A DNA stretch of 24,000 nucleotides, from the NCBI GenBank assembly GCA_963674775.2, contig CAXXPJ010000003.1, forward strand, positions 1,054,597 through 1,078,596, written 5' to 3'. Position 1 is the first letter of the stretch. Every line of letters begins with the position of its first letter. The stretch is from Christensenellaceae bacterium. Its GTDB lineage: Bacteria > Bacillota > Clostridia > Christensenellales > CAG-138. The notes below the pieces were generated by a model that did no database searches, was not told where the DNA came from, and saw only the letters and a program-made list of their open reading frames with translations. Below, one piece after another: positions 7,983 through 15,891 of the stretch. The translations under genes and the position numbers were made by a program.

Positions 7983-10379
7983 ATGCCGAAGACACCCATA
8001 CAACTCAAGCTGGAGAAGATCATCCAGCGCAATATGGACGATGTGATGCATCAGTCCATGATGCCGTACGCCGAGCATGTCATCCTCGAGCGCGCGCTGC
8101 CGCGCGTGGAGGACGGCCTCAAGCCCGTGCAGCGGCGCATCCTCTATACCATGCTGGAACTGAGCCTCACGCCCGACAAGCCGCACCGGAAGAGCGCGCG
8201 CATCGTCGGCGACTGCCTCGGCAAGTACCATCCGCACGGGGACAGCTCCGTTTATGACGCGATGGTGCGCATGGCGCAGCCGTACAACATGTGCGTGCCG
8301 CTCGTGGACGGCCATGGCAACTTCGGCAGCGTGGACGGCGACAGCGCGGCGGCCATGCGATACACCGAGGCGCGCATGACGGACGCCGCCATGCAGCTGC
8401 TGCGCGACATTGAGAAAGACACCGTCGGCTTTTCGTTTAACTTCGACGACACGCTCAAAGAGCCGGATCTGCTTCCGGGGCGCTTTCCCAACCTGCTGGT
8501 CAACGGCGCCAGCGGCATCGCGGTCGGGTTGGCGACCAACATTCCGCCGCACAACCCGGTGGAGACGATCAACGCCGTCATCGCGGTCATGGAAAACCCG
8601 CGCATCCCGCTGGAAGAGCTCATGAAGATCATCCCCTCGCCGGATTTCCCGACCGGCGGGTTCATTCTGGAAACCTCCGAAATCGAGCAGGCCTACCGCA
8701 CCGGACGCGGCAGGGTTTATATGCGCGCCAAAACGCATTTTGAGGAGCTGAAAAACGGCAAGACGCTCATCGTCATCACCGAGCTGCCCTATCAGGTCAA
8801 CAAAGCGAACATGCTCGAGAAAATCCTCGCCGTCAGCCAGGAGAAGAAAGCGCTGTTTTCCGGCATCGCGGATATCCGGGACGAGAGCGACCGCACCGGC
8901 ATGCGCGCGGTCATCGAGGTCAAGAAGGACGGAGACCCGGAGCGCATACTGCAGTATCTGTTTAAGTATTCGGACATGCAGATGACGTTCGGCGTCAATA
9001 TGGTTGCAATCGCAGGCGGCAAGCCGCAGCAGCTCAACTTAAAGCAGATCATCGCGCACTACATCCGCCATCAGCGGGACGTGGTCACGCGGCGCACACA
9101 GTTTGAACTGGACGCCGCGCTGCGGCGGGAGCACATCCTCGCCGGGCTGATGATCGCCGTGGACAATCTCGACGCGGTCATCGCGCTCATCCGCGCAAGC
9201 AAATCGCCGAAAGAAGCACGCGAAGGGCTGATGAAGAAGTTCGAGCTCACTGAGATGCAGGCGCAGGCCATCCTCGATTTGCGGCTCCAACGCCTCACCA
9301 ACATGGAGCTCGTCACCATACGCCGCGAGTATGCCGAGGTCGTCAAGCACATTGCCGAGCTGCGCGCAATCCTCGCGAGTGAGAAAAAGCTGATTACGCT
9401 GATCAAAAAAGAACTCACGGAAATCCGGGAACAGCTGGCTATCCCGCGCCGGACGACGTTTGTCGCCCCGGATGACACGCCCGTCGACGAGGCCGAGGAC
9501 CTCGCATTTGTCGAGGACGTCACCATCTGCGTCTGCGAGGGGCTCAAGATCCGTCGCATGCCAACCAAGGTGTTTTCGCTCGCCGCCATCTCGGAGGACA
9601 AGCCTCTGTTCGTGCTCGAGACGCGCTCCAACCAGCGCATCCGGCTCTTCACCGACCAGGGCGCGATGCTCTCCATCTCGGCGGACGAGCTGCCGGAAAC
9701 CCGCGCAACCACGCGCGCGGCCAACCTCGCCGCGCTGCTGCCGTTTGAAAAGAACGAGAAGATCGTTGCGCTCTTCCCCGACGAAGAGGACGGCGACTAT
9801 CTCTTCTACCTGCGCGACGGCAACGTCAAGCGCACCGCCGCCGCGGACTACCGCCTGCGTACCAAGCGCACCGCCGCCGTCTCCCTGCGGGACAAGGACC
9901 GCGTGCTGGCCGTTGAAAAATATGAGCCGCGGTCGATTCTGCTCGTGACCAAACTCGGCATGAGCATCCGCTTCGCGGCGGACACCGTGCCCGCCATGGG
10001 CCGCGTTTCCGGCGGCGTGAAGTGCGTCAAGCTCGACAAGGGCGACGAGGTGATCTATGCCGCGCTCGTGCCGGAGGACGGCGAGGTGCTGACCATCACG
10101 GACAAGGGGTTCGGCAAGCGCTCCCCGCTGTTTGACTATGACCTTCAGGGCAGAAACGGCAAAGGGTTGAAGACCTTCGACCTCAAGAAGAACGGCGCCA
10201 ACGGCACCTGCATTGCCGCCGTCGCGGTACTCACGGAGCCGACGAATATCACGCTCGTGCAGCGGCACGGTGCGCGCACGCCGATCGGCACACAGGAGGC
10301 GCACCTCGAGCCGCGCGCGGGCAAGGGCAACATGCTCGTTGCCGTCGTGCTGGACGACGACGTGATCGGAATCGAATAA
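7983..10379 (+). CDS. parC: Type IIA DNA topoisomerase breakage-reunion subunit, best read as topoisomerase IV subunit A (ParC)
   Basis: 798 aa. [20 protein letters not shown] (Q rather than the H usual in GyrA), a QRDR-like [13 protein letters not shown], and the active-site region [10 protein letters not shown]. There is a C-terminal beta-pinwheel-like region but no GyrA box at its N-terminal end. Gene order B then A matches Gram-positive parE-parC. Confidence 0.82.
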   Translation: MPKTPIQLKLEKIIQRNMDDVMHQSMMPYAEHVILERALPRVEDGLKPVQRRILYTMLELSLTPDKPHRKSARIVGDCLGKYHPHGDSSVYDAMVRMAQPYNMCVPLVDGHGNFGSVDGDSAAAMRYTEARMTDAAMQLLRDIEKDTVGFSFNFDDTLKEPDLLPGRFPNLLVNGASGIAVGLATNIPPHNPVETINAVIAVMENPRIPLEELMKIIPSPDFPTGGFILETSEIEQAYRTGRGRVYMRAKTHFEELKNGKTLIVITELPYQVNKANMLEKILAVSQEKKALFSGIADIRDESDRTGMRAVIEVKKDGDPERILQYLFKYSDMQMTFGVNMVAIAGGKPQQLNLKQIIAHYIRHQRDVVTRRTQFELDAALRREHILAGLMIAVDNLDAVIALIRASKSPKEAREGLMKKFELTEMQAQAILDLRLQRLTNMELVTIRREYAEVVKHIAELRAILASEKKLITLIKKELTEIREQLAIPRRTTFVAPDDTPVDEAEDLAFVEDVTICVCEGLKIRRMPTKVFSLAAISEDKPLFVLETRSNQRIRLFTDQGAMLSISADELPETRATTRAANLAALLPFEKNEKIVALFPDEEDGDYLFYLRDGNVKRTAAADYRLRTKRTAAVSLRDKDRVLAVEKYEPRSILLVTKLGMSIRFAADTVPAMGRVSGGVKCVKLDKGDEVIYAALVPEDGEVLTITDKGFGKRSPLFDYDLQGRNGKGLKTFDLKKNGANGTCIAAVAVLTEPTNITLVQRHGARTPIGTQEAHLEPRAGKGNMLVAVVLDDDVIGIE

Positions 10380-10387
10380 CAGCTTAT

Positions 10388-10420
10388 AAAAAAAAGCGCC
10401 GGTTAACCGGCGCTTTTTTA
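10388..10420. terminator. Bidirectional rho-independent terminator shared by the convergent parC and CNNM genes
   Basis: aaaaaaaAGCGCCGGttaaCCGGCGCTttttt: an 8-bp GC-rich stem (10395-10402 / 10407-10414) with a 4-nt loop, flanked by an A-tract upstream and a T-tract downstream. Confidence 0.9.
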
Positions 10421-10431
10421 AATTTCATTCG

Positions 10432-11766
10432 TTACTTCGCTTGTTCTTCCAGCGGCTGCGGCGGCAGCAGAGAAATCTCCGCCCGCTCGATGCCGTGGTT
10501 CTTCATCTCCCGCACGTCGATATGCAAACAGCCCGCGTTCACGCTGAACACCGTGCCGTCGTCCGGAATTTCGTTGAGCACGCTGAAGACAAGGCCGTTG
10601 AGCGTGTCGAATTCGTCCGTCGGCAGCGGGCAGCCGATCGCTTCGGAAATATCCTCCAGCGGAACGGAGCCATGCGTACTCCAGACGCCGTCTGACACGA
10701 GCGAAATGACGTTTTCGACATCGTCGTCCTCTTCGTCGATGTCGCCCACGATCACCTCGATGAGGTCGTTCATGGTCACGATGCCGCACATGCCGCCGTA
10801 TTCGTCCATGACCACCGCAAAGTGGTTGCGGCTGCGCTTCATGTCGAGGAACAGGTCGTCCGCCTTGATGGTCTCCGGCACAAACCGCGCGGGCTGCACG
10901 GCCCGCTGCAGCACGGTTTCGCGCGTGCGGTCGCTCAGGCGGAAATACGTCTTTGCGTCGAGAATGCCGACCACGTCGTCCGAGCTGTCCCGGCAGATGG
11001 GGTAAAAAGAGTGCCGCGAGTTATGGATCACTTCCGCCCAGTCATCGTCGCTCTCATCCAACCATAGGATGTCCACCTGTGTGCGGTGGGTCAGGATGTC
11101 CTCCGCGGCGACGTTGTCAAACTCGAACACGTTGTGGATCATCTCTTTTTCGGTGGCCTCGATCGTACCCTTCTCGGAGCCGACGTCCACCATCATGCGG
11201 ATCTCTTCCTCGGTGACCTCATCGTCCTCCGCATTGGGATCGACGCCAAGCAACCGCAGGATGCCGTTGGTCGATATGGTCAGCAGCCAGACGAGCGGCG
11301 CAAACACCGTCGCCACGCCGTTGATGAGGCCGGACATGCCGAGCGCGAGCTTCTCCGCGTTCTTCATCGCCACGCGCTTTGGCACCAGCTCGCCGAAGAC
11401 GAGCGTGATAAACGTCAATATCAGCGTGATGATGACGACCGATATCGTATTGATCGTTTGCGCGGAGATCGCCGCGCCGCTTTCGGTAATCGCCAAGGTG
11501 ATGCGCTTTGCAAAGTTATTGGCCGCAAACGCGCTGCCTAAAAAGCCCGACAGCGTGATGGCTACCTGAATGGTGGCTAAGAATCGCGCCGGCTGGCTCG
11601 TCATGCGCGCAAGCCTGATCGCGCGCTTGTCGCCTTCCGATGCGAGCTTGGCGAGTTTCGCGTCGTTCATGGTGATGACGGCAATCTCCGCACAGGCAAA
11701 CACTGCGTTGAGTGATATCAGCACAGCCTGCAGAATCAATTGCCATACTAAGGGGTCGTTTTCCAT
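10432..11766 (-). CDS. CNNM/DUF21-CBS-CorC_HlyC family membrane protein (hemolysin-family / CorB-type putative Mg2+/Co2+ transporter)
   Basis: 444 aa. N-terminal multi-TM DUF21-like region (ILQAVLISLNAVFACAEIAV...). A CBS pair region (VAAEDILTHRTQV...HSFYPICRDSSDDVVGILD...HFAVVMDEYGGMCGIVTMNDL). A C-terminal CorC_HlyC-like domain (WSTHGSVPLEDISEAIG...FDTLNGLV). Confidence 0.85.
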   Translation of the reverse strand: MENDPLVWQLILQAVLISLNAVFACAEIAVITMNDAKLAKLASEGDKRAIRLARMTSQPARFLATIQVAITLSGFLGSAFAANNFAKRITLAITESGAAISAQTINTISVVIITLILTFITLVFGELVPKRVAMKNAEKLALGMSGLINGVATVFAPLVWLLTISTNGILRLLGVDPNAEDDEVTEEEIRMMVDVGSEKGTIEATEKEMIHNVFEFDNVAAEDILTHRTQVDILWLDESDDDWAEVIHNSRHSFYPICRDSSDDVVGILDAKTYFRLSDRTRETVLQRAVQPARFVPETIKADDLFLDMKRSRNHFAVVMDEYGGMCGIVTMNDLIEVIVGDIDEEDDDVENVISLVSDGVWSTHGSVPLEDISEAIGCPLPTDEFDTLNGLVFSVLNEIPDDGTVFSVNAGCLHIDVREMKNHGIERAEISLLPPQPLEEQAK

Positions 11767-12011
11767 TCCTGTACTCCGTTATATATCCTGGTTGGTCGTT
11801 TCGTTGATCATTTTTTGCTCGAAAAAAAGAAGCACGCTTTCCCCTGTTTCATACTTTGATGAAATAGAAAAAGCATAACCTGTTCTCCTTTTCTCAGCAG
11901 AGACAGATTATGTGCTTCAAAAAAAATCCGGTCATTCGGTTGCAGTAATGGTCGCCGGTACTGTCGCTTTCTTCGTCGCTCATAGGGATCCTCTCGGTTA
12001 AATATAGAAAA

Positions 12012-12040
12012 AGTATACCGATCTAAGCCCATATTGTCAA
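12012..12040 (-). promoter_or_regulatory. SigA-type promoter driving the CNNM gene leader
   Basis: Minus-strand read: TTGACA (complement of 12035-12040), a 17-nt spacer, then TATACT (complement of 12012-12017). The predicted TSS is near 12005, giving a leader of about 240 nt before the ATG at 11766. Confidence 0.7.
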
Positions 12041-12122
12041 TGTTTCGCGCAAATACGGGGGTTTTTACCCGCAGATATGCCAAACCTGTCTATGCAACAG
12101 GTTTCTCTGTTGTGTTCGTTCG

Positions 12123-12151
12123 TTGACAATTTGTTGAGAAACGTTTATATT
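12123..12151 (+). promoter_or_regulatory. SigA-type promoter for the acyltransferase-like / acyl-CoA synthetase operon
   Basis: TTGACA (12123-12128), a 17-nt spacer, then TATATT (12146-12151). It sits about 47 nt upstream of the ATG at 12198. Confidence 0.65.
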
Positions 12152-12197
12152 TTAAACGTTATTCGCACTTATCATTCAAGATTGGACAGGTACCCGA

Positions 12198-13091
12198 ATG
12201 GAACAACAGAAGAAACGACGCCGCGGCGACCGCCGCGACGCAACTCTCGTACGCGATCTCGACTCGATGCACGTATTTATGCCGATCATGATGCCGAACC
12301 GGGCTGACAACGAGGCATTCATACAGGAGCTTGTCGACATGAGCGCAATAGAGGCATATCTCGAGCGCAAAAACGCAGGCTCTCCCCAATACAAGTACAC
12401 GTTTTTCCATGTTATCCTCGCCGCGCTTGCGCGCACGGTCGAAATGCGCCCGCGCATGAACCGCTTTATCATCGGCAACCGCTATTACGACCGCAATCAC
12501 ATCTCCTTTTCTTTTATTGTGAAAAAAGCATTTTCCGACAATGCCGACGAATCCGTCATGATCCTGAAATACGACCCCTCGAGCGAAAAACCCGCGATCG
12601 ACATGATTCACGACAGGATCTGCGACTTCGTGTATTCCGTGCGCACGCACGACAAAAAAGACGGCACGACGGACATCCTCGACACGCTCGCAAAAACCCC
12701 GATGTGGATGCGCAAGCTCATCGTCGCTATTCTGCGCGCGCTGGACGAGCACGGGCATATGCCCAAAGACCTCGCCGAGGAGGATCCATACAACAGCACG
12801 GTGTTCATCTCCAACCTCGGCTCCATCAAGCTCAACGCGGGCTATCACCACCTGGCGAACTGGAGCACCAACTCCGTGTTCGTCGTGGTCGGCGAAAAGC
12901 ACATGCAGCCATATTACGAAGAAGACGGAACGATGCGCATGAAGCCCGCGCTCAACCTCGGCCTCACGCTGGACGAGCGCATCGCCGACGGATACTATTA
13001 CTCGAAGACCATCCGCCTGCTCAAGAAGTTTTTCGCCGAGCCGGAGCTGCTCGATATCCCCGCAAAGGAGGCGCTCGAAATTGAGTATTGA
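12198..13091 (+). CDS. 2-oxoacid dehydrogenase E2 catalytic-domain-like (CAT-fold) acyltransferase homolog; no lipoyl or E3-binding domains; the catalytic His position reads Glu
   Basis: 297 aa. The C-terminal region NLGLTLDERIADGYYYSKTIRLLKKFFAEPELL lines up with the E2 signature S-x-DHR-x-x-DG...FL..L...LE.P..LL. Upstream, FISNLGSIKLNAGYHHL resembles the E2 core. The N-terminus is basic (QQKKRRRGDRRD). Confidence 0.6.
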   Translation: MEQQKKRRRGDRRDATLVRDLDSMHVFMPIMMPNRADNEAFIQELVDMSAIEAYLERKNAGSPQYKYTFFHVILAALARTVEMRPRMNRFIIGNRYYDRNHISFSFIVKKAFSDNADESVMILKYDPSSEKPAIDMIHDRICDFVYSVRTHDKKDGTTDILDTLAKTPMWMRKLIVAILRALDEHGHMPKDLAEEDPYNSTVFISNLGSIKLNAGYHHLANWSTNSVFVVVGEKHMQPYYEEDGTMRMKPALNLGLTLDERIADGYYYSKTIRLLKKFFAEPELLDIPAKEALEIEY

Positions 13092-13119
13092 TACCAACAG
13101 CCATCCCTGGTCCGAGGAC

Positions 13120-14829
13120 ATGTCAAACGTGAAAGCACCGTGGCTCGCGTTCTACGGCGAAGTAACCGCAACGCTCGACTACCCCGACAGCTCCATGCTG
13201 GATCTGGTACAGCAGGCCGCCGCGCGCTATCCGGACACCAACGCCGTCACCTTTATGGGCAAGGGCACGCGTTATGACGACCTGATGCGTCAGATCGACG
13301 AAGCGGCGCGCGCGTTTGCTGCCATCGGCATCCGCGAGGGCGACAAGGTGACGCTCTGCATGCCGAACTGCCCGCAGATCGTAGTCTGCTTCTACGCGCT
13401 CAACCGCATCGGCGCGATCGCGTCGCTGATCCACCCGCTCTCGAGCGTCGGCGAGATCGCGTTTTACATCAAGGACTCCGGCTCAAAAGCCGTCGTTTCG
13501 CTGGATGCGTTTTATGGCAAGTTTGAGGAGGTGCGCAAGGAAGTCTCCTTTGAAACGCTGGTGCTCACCAGTATCAAGGACGCGCTCTCTCCCGTCATGA
13601 AGGTCGGTTTTGCGCTCACACAGGGACGAAAAATCCCGAAGGTTCCCAAGAGCGCGGACGTGCTCTTCTGGAAGGCGTTCCTCAACGGCGCGAAAACACA
13701 GGACGATAGCTGTTTCGTCACCCGGCGCGGCACCGACGCCGCCGTCATCCTCTTCTCCGGCGGCACGACCGGCACGACAAAGGGAATTCTGTTGAGCAAC
13801 CTCAACTTCAACGCGCTCGCGCTGCAGACGCTCGCCATGGGCCACTGCGTTGTGCCCGGCGCGCGCATGCTCGCAGCCATGCCGATGTTCCACGGATTCG
13901 GCTTGGGCGTTTGCATCCATACGATGCTGGCAGCCGGCGTAACGGCGATTCTTGTGCCGCGCGTATCGGTCGAGAGCTATGCCAAGCTGCTCAAAAAAGA
14001 GAAGCCCAACTATATCGCCGGCGTGCCGACGCTGTACGAAGGCATCACGCGCAATCCCTATATGGACGGCGTGGATATGAGCCAGCTGCTCGGCGTGTTC
14101 TCCGGCGGCGACACGCTCTCTATCGAGCTCAAGAAGAAGTTTGACTCGTTCCTGGCCGAGCACGGCGCATCCGTGCAGGTGCGCGAAGGATACGGCACCA
14201 CAGAGTGCGTGACCGCAAGCTGCCTCACGCCGTATCACATGTACCGCGAGGGCAGCATCGGCCTGCCGTTCCCGGACACCTACTATAAGATCGTCAACCC
14301 CGGCACGACGGACGAGCTGCCTTGCGGCGAGGACGGCGAAATTTGCCTCTGCGGGCCGTCCGTGATGATGGAATACGTCAACCAGCCGGAAGAGACTGCA
14401 AACGTGCTCAAAAAGCACCCGGACGGACACGTCTGGCTGCACACGGGCGATCTGGGCAACATGGACGCGGACGGGTTCATCTTCTTTAAGCAGCGCATCA
14501 AGCGGCTCATCATCACGAGCGGATACAACGTGTATCCTTCGCAGGTGGAAAACGCCATCGACGCACACGAGAAGGTGCTCATGAGCTGCGTCATCGGCGT
14601 GCCGGACGCTTACCGCATGCAGAAGATCAAAGCGTTTGTCGTGCTCAAGCCCAACATCCTGCCGACGCCCGTGCTCAAGGATGAGATCCTCGCGCACTGC
14701 GGCAAACTCGTCGCCAAATACGCCATGCCGTATGATATCGAGTTTCGCAGCGAGCTGCCAAAGACGCTGGTGGGCAAAGTCGCCTACACCGTTCTGGAGA
14801 AAGAGGAGCTGGAAAAGCAGGCCATCTGA
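13120..14829 (+). CDS. Adenylate-forming enzyme, long-chain-fatty-acid--CoA ligase family (AMP-binding)
   Basis: Motifs FSGGTTGTTKGILLS (A3), GYGTTE (A5), TGDLGNMDADGFIFFKQRIKRLIITSGYNVYPSQVE (A7/A8) and PKTLVGKV (A10 Lys). Start ambiguous: ATG 13120 chosen, though the SD GAGGA at 13114-13118 is very close to it. The track's TTG 13081 overlaps the upstream stop, and GTG 13129 is also possible. Confidence 0.85.
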   Translation: MSNVKAPWLAFYGEVTATLDYPDSSMLDLVQQAAARYPDTNAVTFMGKGTRYDDLMRQIDEAARAFAAIGIREGDKVTLCMPNCPQIVVCFYALNRIGAIASLIHPLSSVGEIAFYIKDSGSKAVVSLDAFYGKFEEVRKEVSFETLVLTSIKDALSPVMKVGFALTQGRKIPKVPKSADVLFWKAFLNGAKTQDDSCFVTRRGTDAAVILFSGGTTGTTKGILLSNLNFNALALQTLAMGHCVVPGARMLAAMPMFHGFGLGVCIHTMLAAGVTAILVPRVSVESYAKLLKKEKPNYIAGVPTLYEGITRNPYMDGVDMSQLLGVFSGGDTLSIELKKKFDSFLAEHGASVQVREGYGTTECVTASCLTPYHMYREGSIGLPFPDTYYKIVNPGTTDELPCGEDGEICLCGPSVMMEYVNQPEETANVLKKHPDGHVWLHTGDLGNMDADGFIFFKQRIKRLIITSGYNVYPSQVENAIDAHEKVLMSCVIGVPDAYRMQKIKAFVVLKPNILPTPVLKDEILAHCGKLVAKYAMPYDIEFRSELPKTLVGKVAYTVLEKEELEKQAI

Positions 14830-14848
14830 TCAGGCGAATATCAATCAG

Positions 14849-14880
14849 GCCCGGTGCAAGCGCATCGGGCTTTTTGTTTT
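14849..14880 (+). terminator. Rho-independent terminator after the acyl-CoA synthetase gene
   Basis: GCCCGgtgcaagcgcatCGGGC followed by tttttgtttt (14871-14880). Confidence 0.7.
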
Positions 14881-14910
14881 CGGATGCAATATTTGCCACT
14901 TGATCCACAC

Positions 14911-14939
14911 TTGTAAGAGTACACACAATTCTGTATGAT
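14911..14939 (+). promoter_or_regulatory. Candidate SigA promoter for the zinc-ribbon membrane protein gene
   Basis: TTGTAA (14911-14916), a 17-nt spacer, then TATGAT (14934-14939). It sits about 29 nt upstream of the ATG at 14968. Confidence 0.4.
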
Positions 14940-14967
14940 GATTGTATTCAAAGAATTGGAGTTTTCG

Positions 14968-15480
14968 ATGAAATATTGTGAAAACTGCGGTAAAAAACTG
15001 AATCACTCCAATGATGATCTCTGTCCCGACTGTCGGCGCAGGGTAGGTCGCAGACCGGGCAGCAGCATGCGCAAGCTCTCTGTCGCGGATACGCCGATCG
15101 GGCTGACAAAGCAGGAGTTTCTAACATACTATTCAAAAGGGGCGCGGCTTTGCGGCACGGCGGCGATTCTGGGGTACTTGAGCGCGATTGCCATGCTGGC
15201 AATCGTGGTTTACTTCTATCGGGATTCCAGTGCGATCGTTTTTGTTGATGTTTCGTTTTTGCTTCTGCTGGGGTTGTTGCTTCATATCACAAAGAATCGC
15301 GCGGTCGCCTTCCTATATCTGGCTTTTTGCGTGCTCAACGCCGTGATCTATCTCGTCACGGAAGGCCGCTTTATCGCAGCGCTGCCGATCATCAGCGCCA
15401 TATTGGGCGTCATCGGCGCGTTTTGGTATGACCGAGAGTGGCGCGCATATCACGAGCAATATGGCTTCGATTCCGATTGA
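14968..15480 (+). CDS. Zinc-ribbon domain membrane protein, function unknown
   Basis: Start moved to ATG 14968 (MKYCENCGKKL...) with SD GGAG at 14958-14961. CxxC...CxxC zinc ribbon (CENCG...CPDC) followed by about four hydrophobic helices. Confidence 0.7.
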   Translation: MKYCENCGKKLNHSNDDLCPDCRRRVGRRPGSSMRKLSVADTPIGLTKQEFLTYYSKGARLCGTAAILGYLSAIAMLAIVVYFYRDSSAIVFVDVSFLLLLGLLLHITKNRAVAFLYLAFCVLNAVIYLVTEGRFIAALPIISAILGVIGAFWYDREWRAYHEQYGFDSD

Positions 15481-15533
15481 CGGCTTCGCCGGGAGGGCGC
15501 TCGATAAACCTTTTCCGTTTTACTCAAAATAGC

Positions 15534-15562
15534 TTGACACCCATAGCCGCGTTGCCTATAAT
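15534..15562 (+). promoter_or_regulatory. Consensus SigA promoter for the tRNA pair
   Basis: TTGACA (15534-15539), a 17-nt spacer, then TATAAT (15557-15562). It sits 15 nt upstream of tRNA-Thr. Confidence 0.8.
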
Positions 15563-15577
15563 TGAAAAGTGCGAATT

Positions 15578-15653
15578 GCCAATGTAGCTCAGTTGGTAGA
15601 GCAGCTGATTCGTAATCAGCAGGTCTGGGGTCCGAGTCCCCACATTGGCTCCA
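15578..15653 (+). tRNA. tRNA-Thr (anticodon CGU), CCA encoded
   Basis: Hand-folded cloverleaf of 76 nt. Acceptor GCCAATG/CATTGGC, D arm GCTC-AGTTGGTA-GAGC, anticodon arm GCTGA-TTCGTAA-TCAGC, variable AGGTC, T arm TGGGG-TCCGAGT-CCCCA, then discriminator T and CCA. Confidence 0.93.
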
Positions 15654-15659
15654 TTTTTT

Positions 15660-15736
15660 CGGGGTGTAGCGCAGTTTGGTAGCGCGTTTGGTTCGGGACC
15701 AAAAGGTCGCTGGTTCAAATCCAGTCACCCCGACCA
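15660..15736 (+). tRNA. tRNA-Pro (anticodon CGG), CCA encoded
   Basis: Hand-folded cloverleaf of 77 nt. Acceptor CGGGGTG/CACCCCG, D arm GCGC-AGTTTGGTA-GCGC, anticodon arm TTTGG-TTCGGGA-CCAAA, variable AGGTC, T arm GCTGG-TTCAAAT-CCAGT, then discriminator A and CCA. Confidence 0.93.
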
Positions 15737-15737
15737 C

Positions 15738-15780
15738 AAAAAGAGCCGATAAACTCTAGAGTTTTCGGCTCTTTTCTTTT
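15738..15780 (+). terminator. Rho-independent terminator after tRNA-Pro
   Basis: AAAGAGCCGAtAAACTCtaGAGTTTTCGGCTCTTT forms a long near-perfect hairpin, followed by tcttttcc. Confidence 0.85.
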
Positions 15781-15873
15781 CCCCAAAACCCACTTTGTAA
15801 CCCACTTGATTGGTTGTTTGGGTGATCGTTGAAGCTGCATGCAGCGATAACGGGACTCGAACACCTGAACTAT

Positions 15874-15891
15874 GCCCTGTTTATGCGGGTT
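15874..15891 (+). repeat. Copy 1 of a perfect 18-nt direct repeat, gccctgtttatgcgggtt
   Basis: Exact match to 17781-17798, read directly from the sequence. Confidence 0.9.

Noticed and set aside
10146-10166. GyrA-box-like heptad QGRNGKG near the C-terminus of the A subunit, which might argue for gyrase rather than topo IV
   Set aside because: A true GyrA box (QRRGGKG) sits at the N-terminal edge of the C-terminal domain, not about 80 residues from the C-terminus. The N-terminal KPVQRRILY and ERALP features and the B-then-A gene pair away from a dnaA/recF context favour ParC. The caveat is reflected in the confidence value.
5861-10304. Long minus-strand ORFs inside parE/parC (5861..6607, 6863..7351, 7965..8738, 9039..10304, 9071..9724)
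   Set aside because: They lie antisense to strongly supported topoisomerase genes. Their high-GC, stop-poor reverse frames give Arg/Ala/Gly/His-rich translations.
11767-12010. Known riboswitch in the CNNM leader (M-box, yybP-ykoY Mn2+, NiCo, fluoride, ZTP, preQ1, c-di-GMP, guanidine)
   Set aside because: I could not find the conserved core sequences of any of these classes by eye. This is not decisive without an Infernal/Rfam scan, so the leader is reported only as an unclassified candidate.
11808-12083. 91-aa minus-strand ORF spanning the CNNM leader and its promoter
   Set aside because: Its start lies upstream of the predicted -35 box, and its first two thirds have no SD. Only its last 22 codons (ATG at 11876, preceded by AAGGAGAA) look translatable, and these are discussed as sORF2.
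12159-14697. Long minus-strand ORFs 12159..13121 (320 aa) and 13483..14697 (404 aa)
   Set aside because: They are antisense shadows of the acyltransferase-like and acyl-CoA synthetase genes, with no motifs and typical high-GC reverse-frame composition.
15450-15737. Minus-strand ORFs of 95 aa and 64 aa overlapping the tRNA genes
   Set aside because: They lie entirely over two well-folding tRNAs and their promoter, so they are not credible CDSs.
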